Positions 36,552-49,744 of a stretch of 64,000 nt of DNA are shown piece after piece. Position 1 is the stretch's first letter, and every line of letters begins with the position of its first letter. The position numbers and the translations under genes were made by a program. The notes beneath the pieces were generated by a model that was given only the letters and a program-made list of their open reading frames with translations, made no database searches and was not told the DNA's origin. This DNA comes from Eubacteriales bacterium. GTDB taxonomy: Bacteria; Bacillota; Desulfotomaculia; Desulfotomaculales; Nap2-2B. Location: the NCBI GenBank assembly GCA_041653135.1, contig JBAZGB010000001.1, positions 23,999-87,998 on the forward strand, given 5' to 3'.

Positions 36552-36593
36552 GGCAGTTGACCTCCCTAAAGCAAGTTAATTTTCAGGGGATAG
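36552..36593 (-). repeat. solo roughly 42-nt terminal module of the repeat element (copy 3, inverted orientation)
   Basis: Reverse complement is CTATCCCCTGAAAATTAACTTGCTTTAGGGAGGTCAACTGCC. It matches the first 40-odd nt of copies 1 and 2. Confidence 0.8.
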
Positions 36594-36603
36594 TTAACCC
36601 GAG

Positions 36604-36632
36604 TTGACGCAAACAGGTGTAAAATATACAAT
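36604..36632 (+). promoter_or_regulatory. putative sigma-A-type promoter of larC
   Basis: TTGACG - 17 nt - TACAAT, about 60 nt upstream of larC. Confidence 0.45.
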
Positions 36633-36691
36633 AAAACAGTTGGTTTGTTTTTACTGTAAAAACCTTCGATTCATCGGAGAAGGGGCTTCAG

Positions 36692-37897
36692 ATGAAAGTA
36701 CTCTATTTTGATTGTTTCAGCGGCATTAGCGGCGACATGGTTTTAGGAGCTTTGATTGATGCAGGCGCAAGCTTTGATGCCATAAGTGAACAATTAAAAC
36801 CTCTTGGATTGCAGGGTTACTCATTAAAGGTTCTAAAAGACCGCTCATATGGCATAAAAGGTTCCCGGTTTCAAATAGACTTTGATGAACATCAACACCT
36901 GCTTCGAAACTGGCCCGATATTTCACGGTTAATTGAAGAAAGCTTTCTTTCTTCTAAGATAAAGACTAATGCCCGGGCGGTTTTTCTAAAACTGGCCGGG
37001 GCAGAAGCGCTGGTACACGGAGTCCCCCTGGAAAATGTCCACTTTCATGAACTCGGGGCACTGGATACAATTATCGACATAGTGGGAACTCTGCTTGCAC
37101 TGGATGAACTGGGCATTGAGAAAGCGTACTGCTCACCTTTGCCGGTCAGTCATGGTTATGTCCGGTGCAGCCATGGCGTATTTCCAGTCCCGGCGCCTGC
37201 AACGGCAGAAATCTTAAAAGGCTTTCCCGTCCGTTTTATAGACGTTGAAGGCGAACTGGTTACACCAACTGGAGCGGCTATAGCAACTGTTTTATCTGAT
37301 TTTCCCGCGGCCATGCCCGCCATGAAGCTTTCCCATACCGGATATGGCCTCGGTCAAAACGATTACGGGATCCCTAATGCCCTGCGTGTGTTTATCGGGG
37401 AAACTGACGGTGCAGAAAATATGACGGATACAGGCAGAAATCCGGTTAATCCCGAGCAAGAGATTGCCGTATTGCAAACAAACATTGACGATTTGAATCC
37501 TGAAATATTGGCCTTTGCCGCTGACAAACTGCTAAATTCCGGAGCAATCGATGTGTCAATAACACCACTGATTATGAAAAAGGGCCGGCCTGGATGCCTG
37601 CTTACTGTTCTTTGCTCCTTTAATACAAAAGAGAAATTGATTGAGATAATATTTAAGGAAACTACCAGCCTTGGCATACGCGTCCATCAGGAAAAGCGCG
37701 TTATCCTGCCCAGACAGGAAATATGCGTGCAAACGAAATACGGACCCGTCAGGGTTAAAATATCCACTGCTCCCAACAGGGAAAAACGAATCAGTCCCGA
37801 ATATGAAGACTGCCGAAAAATCGCCGACAAGAAGAATATACCACTTGGTGCTGTATACGATGCTTCTTTGATGGCAGCCCGAAGTCTTTACAAGTGA
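36692..37897 (+). CDS. larC: nickel-pincer cofactor biosynthesis protein LarC (nickel insertion, DUF111)
   Basis: MKVLYFDCFSGISGDMVLGALIDAGA N-terminus, 401 aa in a single frame. Confidence 0.88.
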   Translation: MKVLYFDCFSGISGDMVLGALIDAGASFDAISEQLKPLGLQGYSLKVLKDRSYGIKGSRFQIDFDEHQHLLRNWPDISRLIEESFLSSKIKTNARAVFLKLAGAEALVHGVPLENVHFHELGALDTIIDIVGTLLALDELGIEKAYCSPLPVSHGYVRCSHGVFPVPAPATAEILKGFPVRFIDVEGELVTPTGAAIATVLSDFPAAMPAMKLSHTGYGLGQNDYGIPNALRVFIGETDGAENMTDTGRNPVNPEQEIAVLQTNIDDLNPEILAFAADKLLNSGAIDVSITPLIMKKGRPGCLLTVLCSFNTKEKLIEIIFKETTSLGIRVHQEKRVILPRQEICVQTKYGPVRVKISTAPNREKRISPEYEDCRKIADKKNIPLGAVYDASLMAARSLYK

Positions 37898-37904
37898 AAC
37901 ATTT

Positions 37905-37952
37905 AATAGTTTATTCTATGGAAGCGATAATAGTTTATTCTATGGAAGCGAT
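37905..37952 (+). repeat. perfect 24-bp tandem duplication (x2) covering the larB Shine-Dalgarno region
   Basis: AATAGTTTATTCTATGGAAGCGAT occurs at 37905-37928 and again at 37929-37952. The larB ATG is at 37956. Confidence 0.95.
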
Positions 37953-37955
37953 ATT

Positions 37956-38711
37956 ATGGATCGGTCAAAATTAAAAAAACTGCTGACGCTTTTAACAGAT
38001 CGCGAAATTACAGTTGATCAGGCTATGGAACAGTTGAGATTTCTTCCGTACCAGGATTTGAACTTTGCCAGGATAGACAACCACCGGAGTATCCGCTGCG
38101 GGTTTCCGGAGGTGATTTTTTGTGAGGGCAAAGAGCCTGAACAGGCAGCTGAAATATTCAGCCAAATGGTTAACTCGAATCAGACAGTATTAGGAACACG
38201 TGCAAATTACCGCGTGTTTGAAACAGTAAAAAGCCTTTGTCCGGACGTGCATTATTATAAGACTGCGCGCTGCATCGTTTACGGTATGCCTGACGAGCCA
38301 TTTTTTCCTTCGCCGGTCCTTGTAATGAGCGCGGGAACTGCCGACCTGCCGGTAGCTGAAGAGGCGGCTGTATGCGCACAGGCTATGGGTAATGAGGTCT
38401 TAAAGATATTTGATGTCGGCGTGGCCGGTTTGCATCGTCTTTTTGATTGCCAGGAATTGATCCAAAAGGCAGCCGTCATCATTGTTGTTGCAGGTATGGA
38501 AGGCGCTCTGCCCAGTGTCGTTGGCGGACTGACCGACCGCCCGGTAATTGCAGTTCCTACCAGTACAGGCTACGGCGCAAGTTTTGGAGGACTGGCTGCT
38601 CTACTGGGTATGTTGAACAGCTGCACACCCGGAGTTGGAGTGGTTAATATTGACAATGGCTTTGGAGCAGCCTCGCTGGCAACTTCAATTAACCGCACAA
38701 TAATATCTTAA
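37956..38711 (+). CDS. larB: nickel-pincer cofactor biosynthesis protein LarB (NaAD carboxylase/hydrolase, PurE-like)
   Basis: AIR-carboxylase-like C-terminal domain (VMSAGTADLPV ... VAGMEGALPSVVGG). Confidence 0.88.
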   Translation: MDRSKLKKLLTLLTDREITVDQAMEQLRFLPYQDLNFARIDNHRSIRCGFPEVIFCEGKEPEQAAEIFSQMVNSNQTVLGTRANYRVFETVKSLCPDVHYYKTARCIVYGMPDEPFFPSPVLVMSAGTADLPVAEEAAVCAQAMGNEVLKIFDVGVAGLHRLFDCQELIQKAAVIIVVAGMEGALPSVVGGLTDRPVIAVPTSTGYGASFGGLAALLGMLNSCTPGVGVVNIDNGFGAASLATSINRTIIS

Positions 38712-38732
38712 CCCGGCATTCTTTATAAAAAG

Positions 38733-39374
38733 GTGAGTTGCTTGTTGGAGAATAGAATAAAAAACCTGCTTGCAAAAAGAGACTGCGGGATTTTAGACAA
38801 AGAGGATTACTATATTTCAGCAGTACTGCTGCCTCTTATTGAAATAAAGAATGAGACCTGCCTCCTTTTTGAAGTTCGAGCGCAAGATTTGGATGTCCAA
38901 CCCGGAGAGGTTTGCTTTCCTGGAGGAGGTGTGGAATATCAGGAGTTTGACAGGCCGCATGAGGCTGCTATCCGGGAAACATCAGAGGAACTTGGGATCA
39001 GCCAGGAAGACATAAAATTGCTTGGAACGCTGGATGTACTGCCAACCCCCATGGGTAGAATAATCTATCCTTTTGTAGGAAAGTTGCTGACAACTGAAAT
39101 GGCTCCAAATAAAGAAGAGGTTGAGGAAGTATTTACAGTCCCGCTTTCCTTCCTAATAAACAACCCTCCTGTAAGAAGTTATGCGGACGTTGCCACACAA
39201 TATTGTTCCGATTTCCCTTTCAGCAAAATACCCCCCACATATAAAAGGACCTGGCAGAAACGCTGGTCACTGCCTATTTATTATCTTGAATACGACAAGT
39301 TCTTTATCTGGGGTATTACTGCTAAAATTCTTAACAATTTTCTTAAAACATGCCGGCCGGCCTTCGGTCGCTAG
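38733..39374 (+). CDS. NUDIX hydrolase (CoA pyrophosphatase-like)
   Basis: Nudix box FPGGGVEYQEFDRPHEAAIRETSEELGI. GTG start. Confidence 0.85.
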   Translation: MSCLLENRIKNLLAKRDCGILDKEDYYISAVLLPLIEIKNETCLLFEVRAQDLDVQPGEVCFPGGGVEYQEFDRPHEAAIRETSEELGISQEDIKLLGTLDVLPTPMGRIIYPFVGKLLTTEMAPNKEEVEEVFTVPLSFLINNPPVRSYADVATQYCSDFPFSKIPPTYKRTWQKRWSLPIYYLEYDKFFIWGITAKILNNFLKTCRPAFGR

Positions 39375-39465
39375 ATATCAAAACGCGTCTTTGCCTTAAA
39401 AAGCTGTCTTCTTGACACCAGTCAATTTCCGGTGCTAAGATATTGATGCCATTAAAGAGCACTGC

Positions 39466-39493
39466 ATGGAAGTGAATAAATGGAAGTGAATAA
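39466..39493 (+). repeat. perfect 14-bp tandem duplication (x2) covering the Shine-Dalgarno region of the FAD protein gene
   Basis: ATGGAAGTGAATAA occurs at 39466-39479 and 39480-39493. The likely ATG start is at 39495. Confidence 0.95.
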
Positions 39494-39494
39494 A

Positions 39495-43542
<4,048 letters not shown>

Positions 43543-43556
43543 TTTTCCGTTACCTA

Positions 43557-45467
43557 CTACTCCATAAAACAAGAAAGTAATTCTTCGACCGCGGAAACAG
43601 GAACAATCTCAATGTCGGTAAGATCCGGCGGCACATCATGAAGGTTATTCCCGGGAATAATTATTCTTTTTATGCCTGCCTGCCGGGCTCCATAGATCTT
43701 CTCCGGTATACTGCCTACCGGTTTAATTTTCCCCTGAATAGATAGTTCTCCCGTAATAGCCATGTCCTGGGGCAGTGCCCTTTCCTGCAGGGCGCTTAAG
43801 ACAGCAAGAAATATTGCCGCCCCCGCAGAAGGGCCATCAATATGCCCGCCGCCAACCACATTTACATGAACATCGTAATCCGTAAGATCTTTTCCGGTTA
43901 TTCTACGTATTACAGAAGCGGCGTTGAATACAGAGTCTTTTGTCATAGAGCCTGCCGTATCGTTAAAACGAATTGCCCCGCGGCCTGCTTTCCGGCATGG
44001 AAATACCACCGCTTCAATCTCCAACAGCGAACCTAAAAAACCCAATACACCCAGGGCAAATACTTTCCCAACTTCACTGTTGCTGCTTGACTGACGAAGA
44101 TCATAAGGTATAAGCCGGCTTAACTTAATTACTTCATAAGTATCCTGCTCAGTAATAAGAACTTGTGAATTGCCATCCTGCTTTCTATAACAGGCAAGAC
44201 CATAGGCATCGGCCAATATGCCTACCGCTTTCCGTCCGTCTATCGTATACCGGCTGATCACGCTGGAAACGCTTTCCTCCAGCATTACGTCTAACTTCTT
44301 CGCAGCCTGGATGACAATACTTTGGATATCTACCGGCGTCAACGGTTCAAAAAACACTTCTGCACAGCGTGAACGCAAGGCGGGATTAATATTGCCGGTT
44401 TCCTGTGTAGTTGCCCCGATTAAAAGAAAATCGGCAGGCGCCCCTTCTTCAAATACTTTGCGCACGTATTGCGGAATGTTTTGATCATGAGGATCGTAAT
44501 AGGACGATTCAAAGTAGACCCGTTTATCTTCTAAAACCTTGAGAAGTTTATTCTGCAGAAGCGGGTCCATTTCACCAATCTCATCGATAAACAATATACC
44601 CCCGTGGGCATCCGTGACAAGCCCGAATTTCGGCTCGGGTATCCCGCTGTCAGCCAGTTCCCTCCTTGCGCCCTGGTAGATTGGATCGTGTACAGATCCC
44701 AGAAGCGGGTTTGTAACCTCTCTGGGATCCCACCTCAAAGTTGATCCGCTAATTTCTATAAAAGGCGCATCCTTTTCAAAGGGGCCAATCGCAGAATTCC
44801 TTGCAACATCTAAAGCCAGCCGGGCAGCGGTTGTTTTTCCGACGCCAGGCGGGCCGTAAAGGATTATGTGTTGAGGAAAAGGTGAGGTCATTTTAGCTAA
44901 AAGCGACTTTAAAGCCCTTTCCTGGCCGACAATTTCTTCTACACTGGACGGTCGAAGCTTTTCTATAGCTGAACGGGCTAATTTCTTTTGCTCCATTTTT
45001 TCTAAAATGGCAAGCTTCTTTAAAGTGTGGGCGTTTTCCGGATTTGTGCTTTCCTTAATTACCTGTACCTTTATTTCATGCATATAGTCATCATGTCGCT
45101 GCTGAAGTTTTTTATTGATTTTCTTCTCCAGTTCCCCTTCAACTGTCCTTTTCGCCAGTATATCTGCGACTTCTTCTTCAATTTGCTCCAATATCTCCGG
45201 AATGTCTTCAAGGGAAGGTAATGTTTCAAATGTCGGGTCTTCAAAAACTAGCTTTTGCAGGGCAAGCACCTTTTCTTCCAGCTTGTCCGAACGCATCAAT
45301 TTAAGAGCGTTTAATTTGCCTGCCCGAAGGACAAGTTTATCGGAACCGTACAGGTTGGCTACCAGGCCGTAAAGCGCGTCGACCTGACGTCTTAATTGTT
45401 CTTCTCCAGTAAACTTGTATCCGGATCCGTTTTTGATAGCTTTAAATTTGGATAAGAGAGATTCCAT
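43557..45467 (-). CDS. Lon-family ATP-dependent protease (LonB/LonC-like)
   Basis: AAA+ Walker A GPPGVGKTT, Walker B ILFIDEIGE, C-terminal S16 domain DGPSAGAAIFLAV ... GKIKPVG. Confidence 0.88.
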   Translation of the reverse strand: MESLLSKFKAIKNGSGYKFTGEEQLRRQVDALYGLVANLYGSDKLVLRAGKLNALKLMRSDKLEEKVLALQKLVFEDPTFETLPSLEDIPEILEQIEEEVADILAKRTVEGELEKKINKKLQQRHDDYMHEIKVQVIKESTNPENAHTLKKLAILEKMEQKKLARSAIEKLRPSSVEEIVGQERALKSLLAKMTSPFPQHIILYGPPGVGKTTAARLALDVARNSAIGPFEKDAPFIEISGSTLRWDPREVTNPLLGSVHDPIYQGARRELADSGIPEPKFGLVTDAHGGILFIDEIGEMDPLLQNKLLKVLEDKRVYFESSYYDPHDQNIPQYVRKVFEEGAPADFLLIGATTQETGNINPALRSRCAEVFFEPLTPVDIQSIVIQAAKKLDVMLEESVSSVISRYTIDGRKAVGILADAYGLACYRKQDGNSQVLITEQDTYEVIKLSRLIPYDLRQSSSNSEVGKVFALGVLGFLGSLLEIEAVVFPCRKAGRGAIRFNDTAGSMTKDSVFNAASVIRRITGKDLTDYDVHVNVVGGGHIDGPSAGAAIFLAVLSALQERALPQDMAITGELSIQGKIKPVGSIPEKIYGARQAGIKRIIIPGNNLHDVPPDLTDIEIVPVSAVEELLSCFME

Positions 45468-45490
45468 GTCTTTTAAGCCTCTCTTGTTTT

Positions 45491-45940
45491 TTATTGATCC
45501 GCCTGTACATTAACACTAAGATTAACCTGTACAGAAGGATATAACTTAACCGGCAAGGAGTAAAACCCTAATTTTTTTATTGGCTCTTTAAGTATAATCT
45601 TTTTCCTGTCAATTTCTATGCCATAATCCCTAACCAAGGCGTCAACTATGTCTTTATTGTTTATGGAACCAAATAATTTTCCGCCTTCTCCAGCCCTGCT
45701 GTATACCTTGACCAACAGCGATTCAAGTCTGCCGGCTAAATCCTTTGCTTCACTTGCCTCGCGTTGTTTCTTTTTGGCCGCGGCTTCCTGGAGATTAGCC
45801 AGTTGTTTTATTTTCCCTTCAGTTGCCTCTACGGCTAACTTTCTGGGCAAAAGGTAATTGCGGGCATGCCCCTCGGCTACCTGAACCAGATCACCTTTTT
45901 TGCCAAGATTTTTTACATCCTCCAGTAAAACAACTTTCAC
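45491..45940 (-). CDS. rplI: 50S ribosomal protein L9
   Basis: MKVVLLEDVKNLGKKGDLVQVAEGHARNYLLPRKLA. Confidence 0.96.
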   Translation of the reverse strand: MKVVLLEDVKNLGKKGDLVQVAEGHARNYLLPRKLAVEATEGKIKQLANLQEAAAKKKQREASEAKDLAGRLESLLVKVYSRAGEGGKLFGSINNKDIVDALVRDYGIEIDRKKIILKEPIKKLGFYSLPVKLYPSVQVNLSVNVQADQ

Positions 45941-46924
45941 TTAAGTTCCCTCCCTGTGCTGGCTCCCGCCGGACTCTACAACATGTCTCAAATTGATAAA
46001 CGTATCAAATATGCCCAATATTACCAGAAATGCAAAAGTGACAGGAGCGTAAAATACTCCCATGAAAAGAAGCAATAATTTTATTACAAGGGAAAACTTC
46101 CACTTAACTGTAAAATATACACCAACGGAAAGTCCTCCAAGAAAGTAGACAAATCCTGCTACGCAAAATATATTTTTGCCAATCAGGCTGACTGGCGACC
46201 AGTTAAAGTAGTCCCCGGCTAAAATCATTGCCAGCCCGGCAATCAACAACCAGATCAGATACCAGGGAAAATGCCACCGTGTGAATGGAAGCCATGCCGG
46301 AACGTTACTTCCAAGTTTGCTTAATAACCTGAGAGATAATATGTAAGTGATAAATGAAGTTATCATTGACCATATAACCCAGTTGGCAGGTAATAGCTGA
46401 CTTGCCAAATTAACTGTTTCTTTTACTGTTTGAACGTTTTCCTGAGTTAAAGGCACTTCAGCCGTCCCCATGTTGAGATATGATCCTATTATTTGCTCCA
46501 TGGCCTGCCTGCTTTCCTGATTTAAAACAAACATATTTATTTTCGTGGTCCAAAAGATAATCGAAAAACTTATTAAGGTTAAAGCCGCTGCCGAAAAAAC
46601 AAAAAATGTTATACTCTGACCGGTCGAAATATTATTTTTTAAAAGCATGCCAAGCAATAAACCAAGCAACCCGGCTTGCAGAATCATTATAAAATCGGGC
46701 AAACTCGCGTGTGATACAAAGTAAAAGAACAGGCAGGCCACCAGGAAAGCCAGTGCGCCTGTCTTCAAGTCCCGTCGTTTAACAACGATGGCCAGTGGTA
46801 AAGGCGCAAATACGCCACATATAAGGGTCAGAGCAGGAACCTGGGCAAGCAACCCTAAGACCGCCGTCAATGCGCCCCAAAAAAGCCCTTCAGCAAAAAA
46901 CCTGCTTTTAAAGCGGTGGAACAA
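45941..46924 (-). CDS. YybS-like (DUF2232) polytopic membrane protein
   Basis: Multi-TM ORF immediately upstream of rplI, as for Bacillus yybS. TTG start. Confidence 0.65.
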   Translation of the reverse strand: MFHRFKSRFFAEGLFWGALTAVLGLLAQVPALTLICGVFAPLPLAIVVKRRDLKTGALAFLVACLFFYFVSHASLPDFIMILQAGLLGLLLGMLLKNNISTGQSITFFVFSAAALTLISFSIIFWTTKINMFVLNQESRQAMEQIIGSYLNMGTAEVPLTQENVQTVKETVNLASQLLPANWVIWSMITSFITYILSLRLLSKLGSNVPAWLPFTRWHFPWYLIWLLIAGLAMILAGDYFNWSPVSLIGKNIFCVAGFVYFLGGLSVGVYFTVKWKFSLVIKLLLLFMGVFYAPVTFAFLVILGIFDTFINLRHVVESGGSQHREGT

Positions 46925-46928
46925 TCAA

Positions 46929-47246
46929 TCACCTCTTTTTTTCGGTCAGGTGAGCATATAAAAGGGATAAATCCGAATACCACTTTTCAAGCTCGTGGTT
47001 TTCATGGATGTTTTTCTGGAGTTTTGATTCCAGTGTTAAATCCAAACGTGAAAAACTAAGGCCAAGGCGCCGTCCGAGAACATAACAGGTAATTATTAAG
47101 CTGGCAAGCGCATCCAGCAAGTACTCTTCACTATCCTGGAGCATACCTTTAAACAGCGCAGCAGAAGAGGTAAGTAAATCTGCCTTAAGCCATTCAATAA
47201 CTCTTATATTTCTCGCTATGCCTGTTTCCTGATTAATCGGGATCAA
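46929..47246 (-). CDS. small hypothetical protein (possibly MazG-like all-alpha fold)
   Basis: 105-aa ORF in an operon-like position. I saw no diagnostic motif. Confidence 0.35.
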   Translation of the reverse strand: MIPINQETGIARNIRVIEWLKADLLTSSAALFKGMLQDSEEYLLDALASLIITCYVLGRRLGLSFSRLDLTLESKLQKNIHENHELEKWYSDLSLLYAHLTEKKR

Positions 47247-47339
47247 AACCTACCCCTCCTTAGAATCTCTTTTTAATTTTAAATTCGTCAACCCCTGTAT
47301 TTTTTCCTGCTCCATTAAAATTGGGCGCAACACCAAAAT

Positions 47340-47387
47340 AAATTAAAAAGGGAACAATTAGCGTTTTCTACCGCCTAACGTTCCCCC
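47340..47387 (-). terminator. intrinsic terminator downstream of rpsR
   Basis: Minus strand reads GGGAAC...GTTCCC stem followed by TTTTTAATTTATTTT. Confidence 0.65.
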
Positions 47388-47408
47388 TGATAAATCGTTC
47401 TTCGACAG

Positions 47409-47645
47409 CTAATCTGCAGTAAACGGCACTAAAGCCATAACCCTGGCCCTTTTAATAGCGAGTGTCAGAATTCTCTGATGCCAGGCGCAATTTCCCGAAA
47501 CCCTGCGAGGCAATATTTTCCCGCGTTCGGTAATATATTTTTTTAAGCGAGGCACATCTTTATAGTCTATAGAATTAATTTTATCCATGCAAAAGCTGCA
47601 GACACGCCTTTTTACTTTGCGGCCTTTTTCTCTTTTTACGACCAA
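47409..47645 (-). CDS. rpsR: 30S ribosomal protein S18
   Basis: [43 protein letters not shown]. Confidence 0.95.
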   Translation of the reverse strand: MVVKREKGRKVKRRVCSFCMDKINSIDYKDVPRLKKYITERGKILPRRVSGNCAWHQRILTLAIKRARVMALVPFTAD

Positions 47646-47675
47646 TTCCCTTTTTACACCTCCAGGTATCTATTT

Positions 47676-48083
47676 CTAAAACGGGATATCCTTTTCATTA
47701 TAAGTTATTTCTTCACCCAACGCACCTTCCTGCAGCTGAGAATTAACTGCAGACGTGCTATCCTTTGCACGGTCAAGAAAACGCACATTGTCTGCAATTA
47801 CTTCCGCTGCCTTGCGACGTATGCCTTGATTGTCGTCATATGAACGAATCTGCAGCCGACCTTCAACGGCAACCAACCGCCCTTTTCCTAAGAAATTTGC
47901 GCAGTTTTCAGCTTGTTTTTGCCATACTACCACATCAATAAAATCTGTTTCGCGTTCACCCTGCTTGTTTGTAAACGGTCTATCCACAGCCAGAACCAAA
48001 TGTGCGACCGCTACACCTCCGGGTGTATAACGCAACTCTGGATCTTTGGTCAGTCTTCCAATTAAGATAATCTTATTTAGCAT
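47676..48083 (-). CDS. ssb: single-stranded DNA-binding protein
   Basis: [22 protein letters not shown]-fold N-terminus and acidic C-terminal tip DIPF. Confidence 0.95.
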   Translation of the reverse strand: MLNKIILIGRLTKDPELRYTPGGVAVAHLVLAVDRPFTNKQGERETDFIDVVVWQKQAENCANFLGKGRLVAVEGRLQIRSYDDNQGIRRKAAEVIADNVRFLDRAKDSTSAVNSQLQEGALGEEITYNEKDIPF

Positions 48084-48142
48084 CTTACAACCACCCTATT
48101 TCTTTCTGTTTCCAAAAAATAATTGTCTACAAAAATAATTGT

Positions 48143-48427
48143 CTACGAAGCTTCCCGTTTAATTATGTGGCGAATTACGTCATCGGTGATCTTAAACACA
48201 CGATCCAGCTCCCTTACGACAGCCTGATCAGCTTTAAACTGCAGTATGATGTACAGTCCTTCATGCAAATGATTAATTTCATAGGCCAAGCGGCGCCTGC
48301 CCCATTTATCAAGCCTGGTTACTTCCCCACCATTGTTGTCGATGAGGACTCTGAACTTTTCCATCATTTCAACAATCTTTTCTTCGTCAAGATCAGGCCG
48401 AAGAATAAAAAGAGACTCATAATTTAC
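48143..48427 (-). CDS. rpsF: 30S ribosomal protein S6 (start codon uncertain)
   Basis: ...NYESLFILRPDLDEEKIVEMMEKFRVLIDNNGGEVTRLDKWGRRRLAYEI. The conserved N-terminus lies upstream of the first ATG, and no canonical start exists in frame (see findings). Confidence 0.85.
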   Translation of the reverse strand, partial: VNYESLFILRPDLDEEKIVEMMEKFRVLIDNNGGEVTRLDKWGRRRLAYEINHLHEGLYIILQFKADQAVVRELDRVFKITDDVIRHIIKREAS

Positions 48428-48656
48428 CGTTTTCTACACCTCCCTATGGACTAAGCGGCCCTATCCATTTTGATTTTTAAATTTTTAACTATGTTTGGCA
48501 GATAGAGCAGGGTGGAAACAACTAAACGAAGTGATTATAACACAGGCGTTATAAAAAGACAAGAAAGGAAATATCTTGGACGATATTTTTACAAGTTGAT
48601 GTAGAAAGGGAATACCTGAAGTGTGTAGAAATATAACAATAAGGGGGTTATGGAGG

Positions 48657-49415
48657 ATGAACGAAGATAAAGTAACAATTGTTAATTCAAGAAACCTGAA
48701 ATTATCAGGTATTCTATGCAACACTGCGATAAAGTCTAAATCAATTGTCATCACCTGTCATGGTCTTTCCGGAACTAAAAGCGGCGGCGGAAAAGCTGTA
48801 GAAATGGGTAAAGAACTTAATAAAAGAGGTTGGTCCGTTCTTTTGTTTGACTTTACAGGGCTTGGTGACAGCGAAGGCGTTTTCGAAGAGATGACCCTCA
48901 CCAGACAGATCGATGATTTAACCTGCGCCGTTGATTGGTGTATTGGGCAGGGATTTACCCGTATAGTAACTCAAGGCCGGAGTTTTGGAGGTACTACTGC
49001 AATATGCCAGGCAGCCGGGGATAAAAGAGTTAATGGTGTTTGCACATGGTCTGCTCCCGCGCAAATACAAAAGTTAATTCTTAGGGGTAAAAGTTCTGCA
49101 GATGAAATAAAAGGTGATTATGTGGTTCTTGGTCAGAAACCGGACTTAATCTACTTGAAAAAAGGTTTTGTATATGACGTGGAAAAATATGACGTTACAA
49201 TTTTAGGTCCGATGATCTCGCCGCGCCCCTTTTTGGTCATCCAGGGAACCGCCGATCTTGTTGTTCCTCCTACACAGGCAACGACAATATATAACTTCGC
49301 CGGTTGGCCAAAAAAAATAGCCTTCATAGAAGGGGCGAGCCACGAATATACCGAGCATTACAGAAAAGTTTGGGAAGTCTTCTTCGATTGGCTGGCAAAG
49401 GAATTTCCCGACTAA
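48657..49415 (+). CDS. alpha/beta hydrolase
   Basis: HGLSGTKSG ... nucleophile elbow GRSFGG ... C-terminal GASHEY. Confidence 0.8.
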   Translation: MNEDKVTIVNSRNLKLSGILCNTAIKSKSIVITCHGLSGTKSGGGKAVEMGKELNKRGWSVLLFDFTGLGDSEGVFEEMTLTRQIDDLTCAVDWCIGQGFTRIVTQGRSFGGTTAICQAAGDKRVNGVCTWSAPAQIQKLILRGKSSADEIKGDYVVLGQKPDLIYLKKGFVYDVEKYDVTILGPMISPRPFLVIQGTADLVVPPTQATTIYNFAGWPKKIAFIEGASHEYTEHYRKVWEVFFDWLAKEFPD

Positions 49416-49744
49416 CACATTAAATAAATATAAACAATTGGAATCTTAGCAGTTTTAAATTCATCTTACTCGGCTTTTAAAACCACATCAACTTCGTTCA
49501 AATCTTCAACCATGCCGGCAAGGCTGAATTTTGACAGAAGATGAACCATAGTAAAGGCAGTTGCGAAATAAACCTCTTCAGAAGGCATACTGCAGCCGCT
49601 ATATAATCTCTTTTCTTATATCGGCAAAAAGGGATTAAGAATTAAGGTATGGTTTTCAAGAGGCAGATAAGAGGATAAAAAAGGAAAGTGAATTCGAACT
49701 TAACAGATGTTAAGTCAATGATGTCTCTTTAATACGCTTAAAAG

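Noticed and set aside
49470-49589. 40-codon minus-strand ORF (MPSEEVYFATAFTMVHLLSKFSLAGMVEDLNEVDVVLKAE) in the non-coding stretch downstream of the HExxH gene.
   Set aside because: No RBS and no recognisable motif. It may be a gene remnant, but that cannot be supported from sequence alone.
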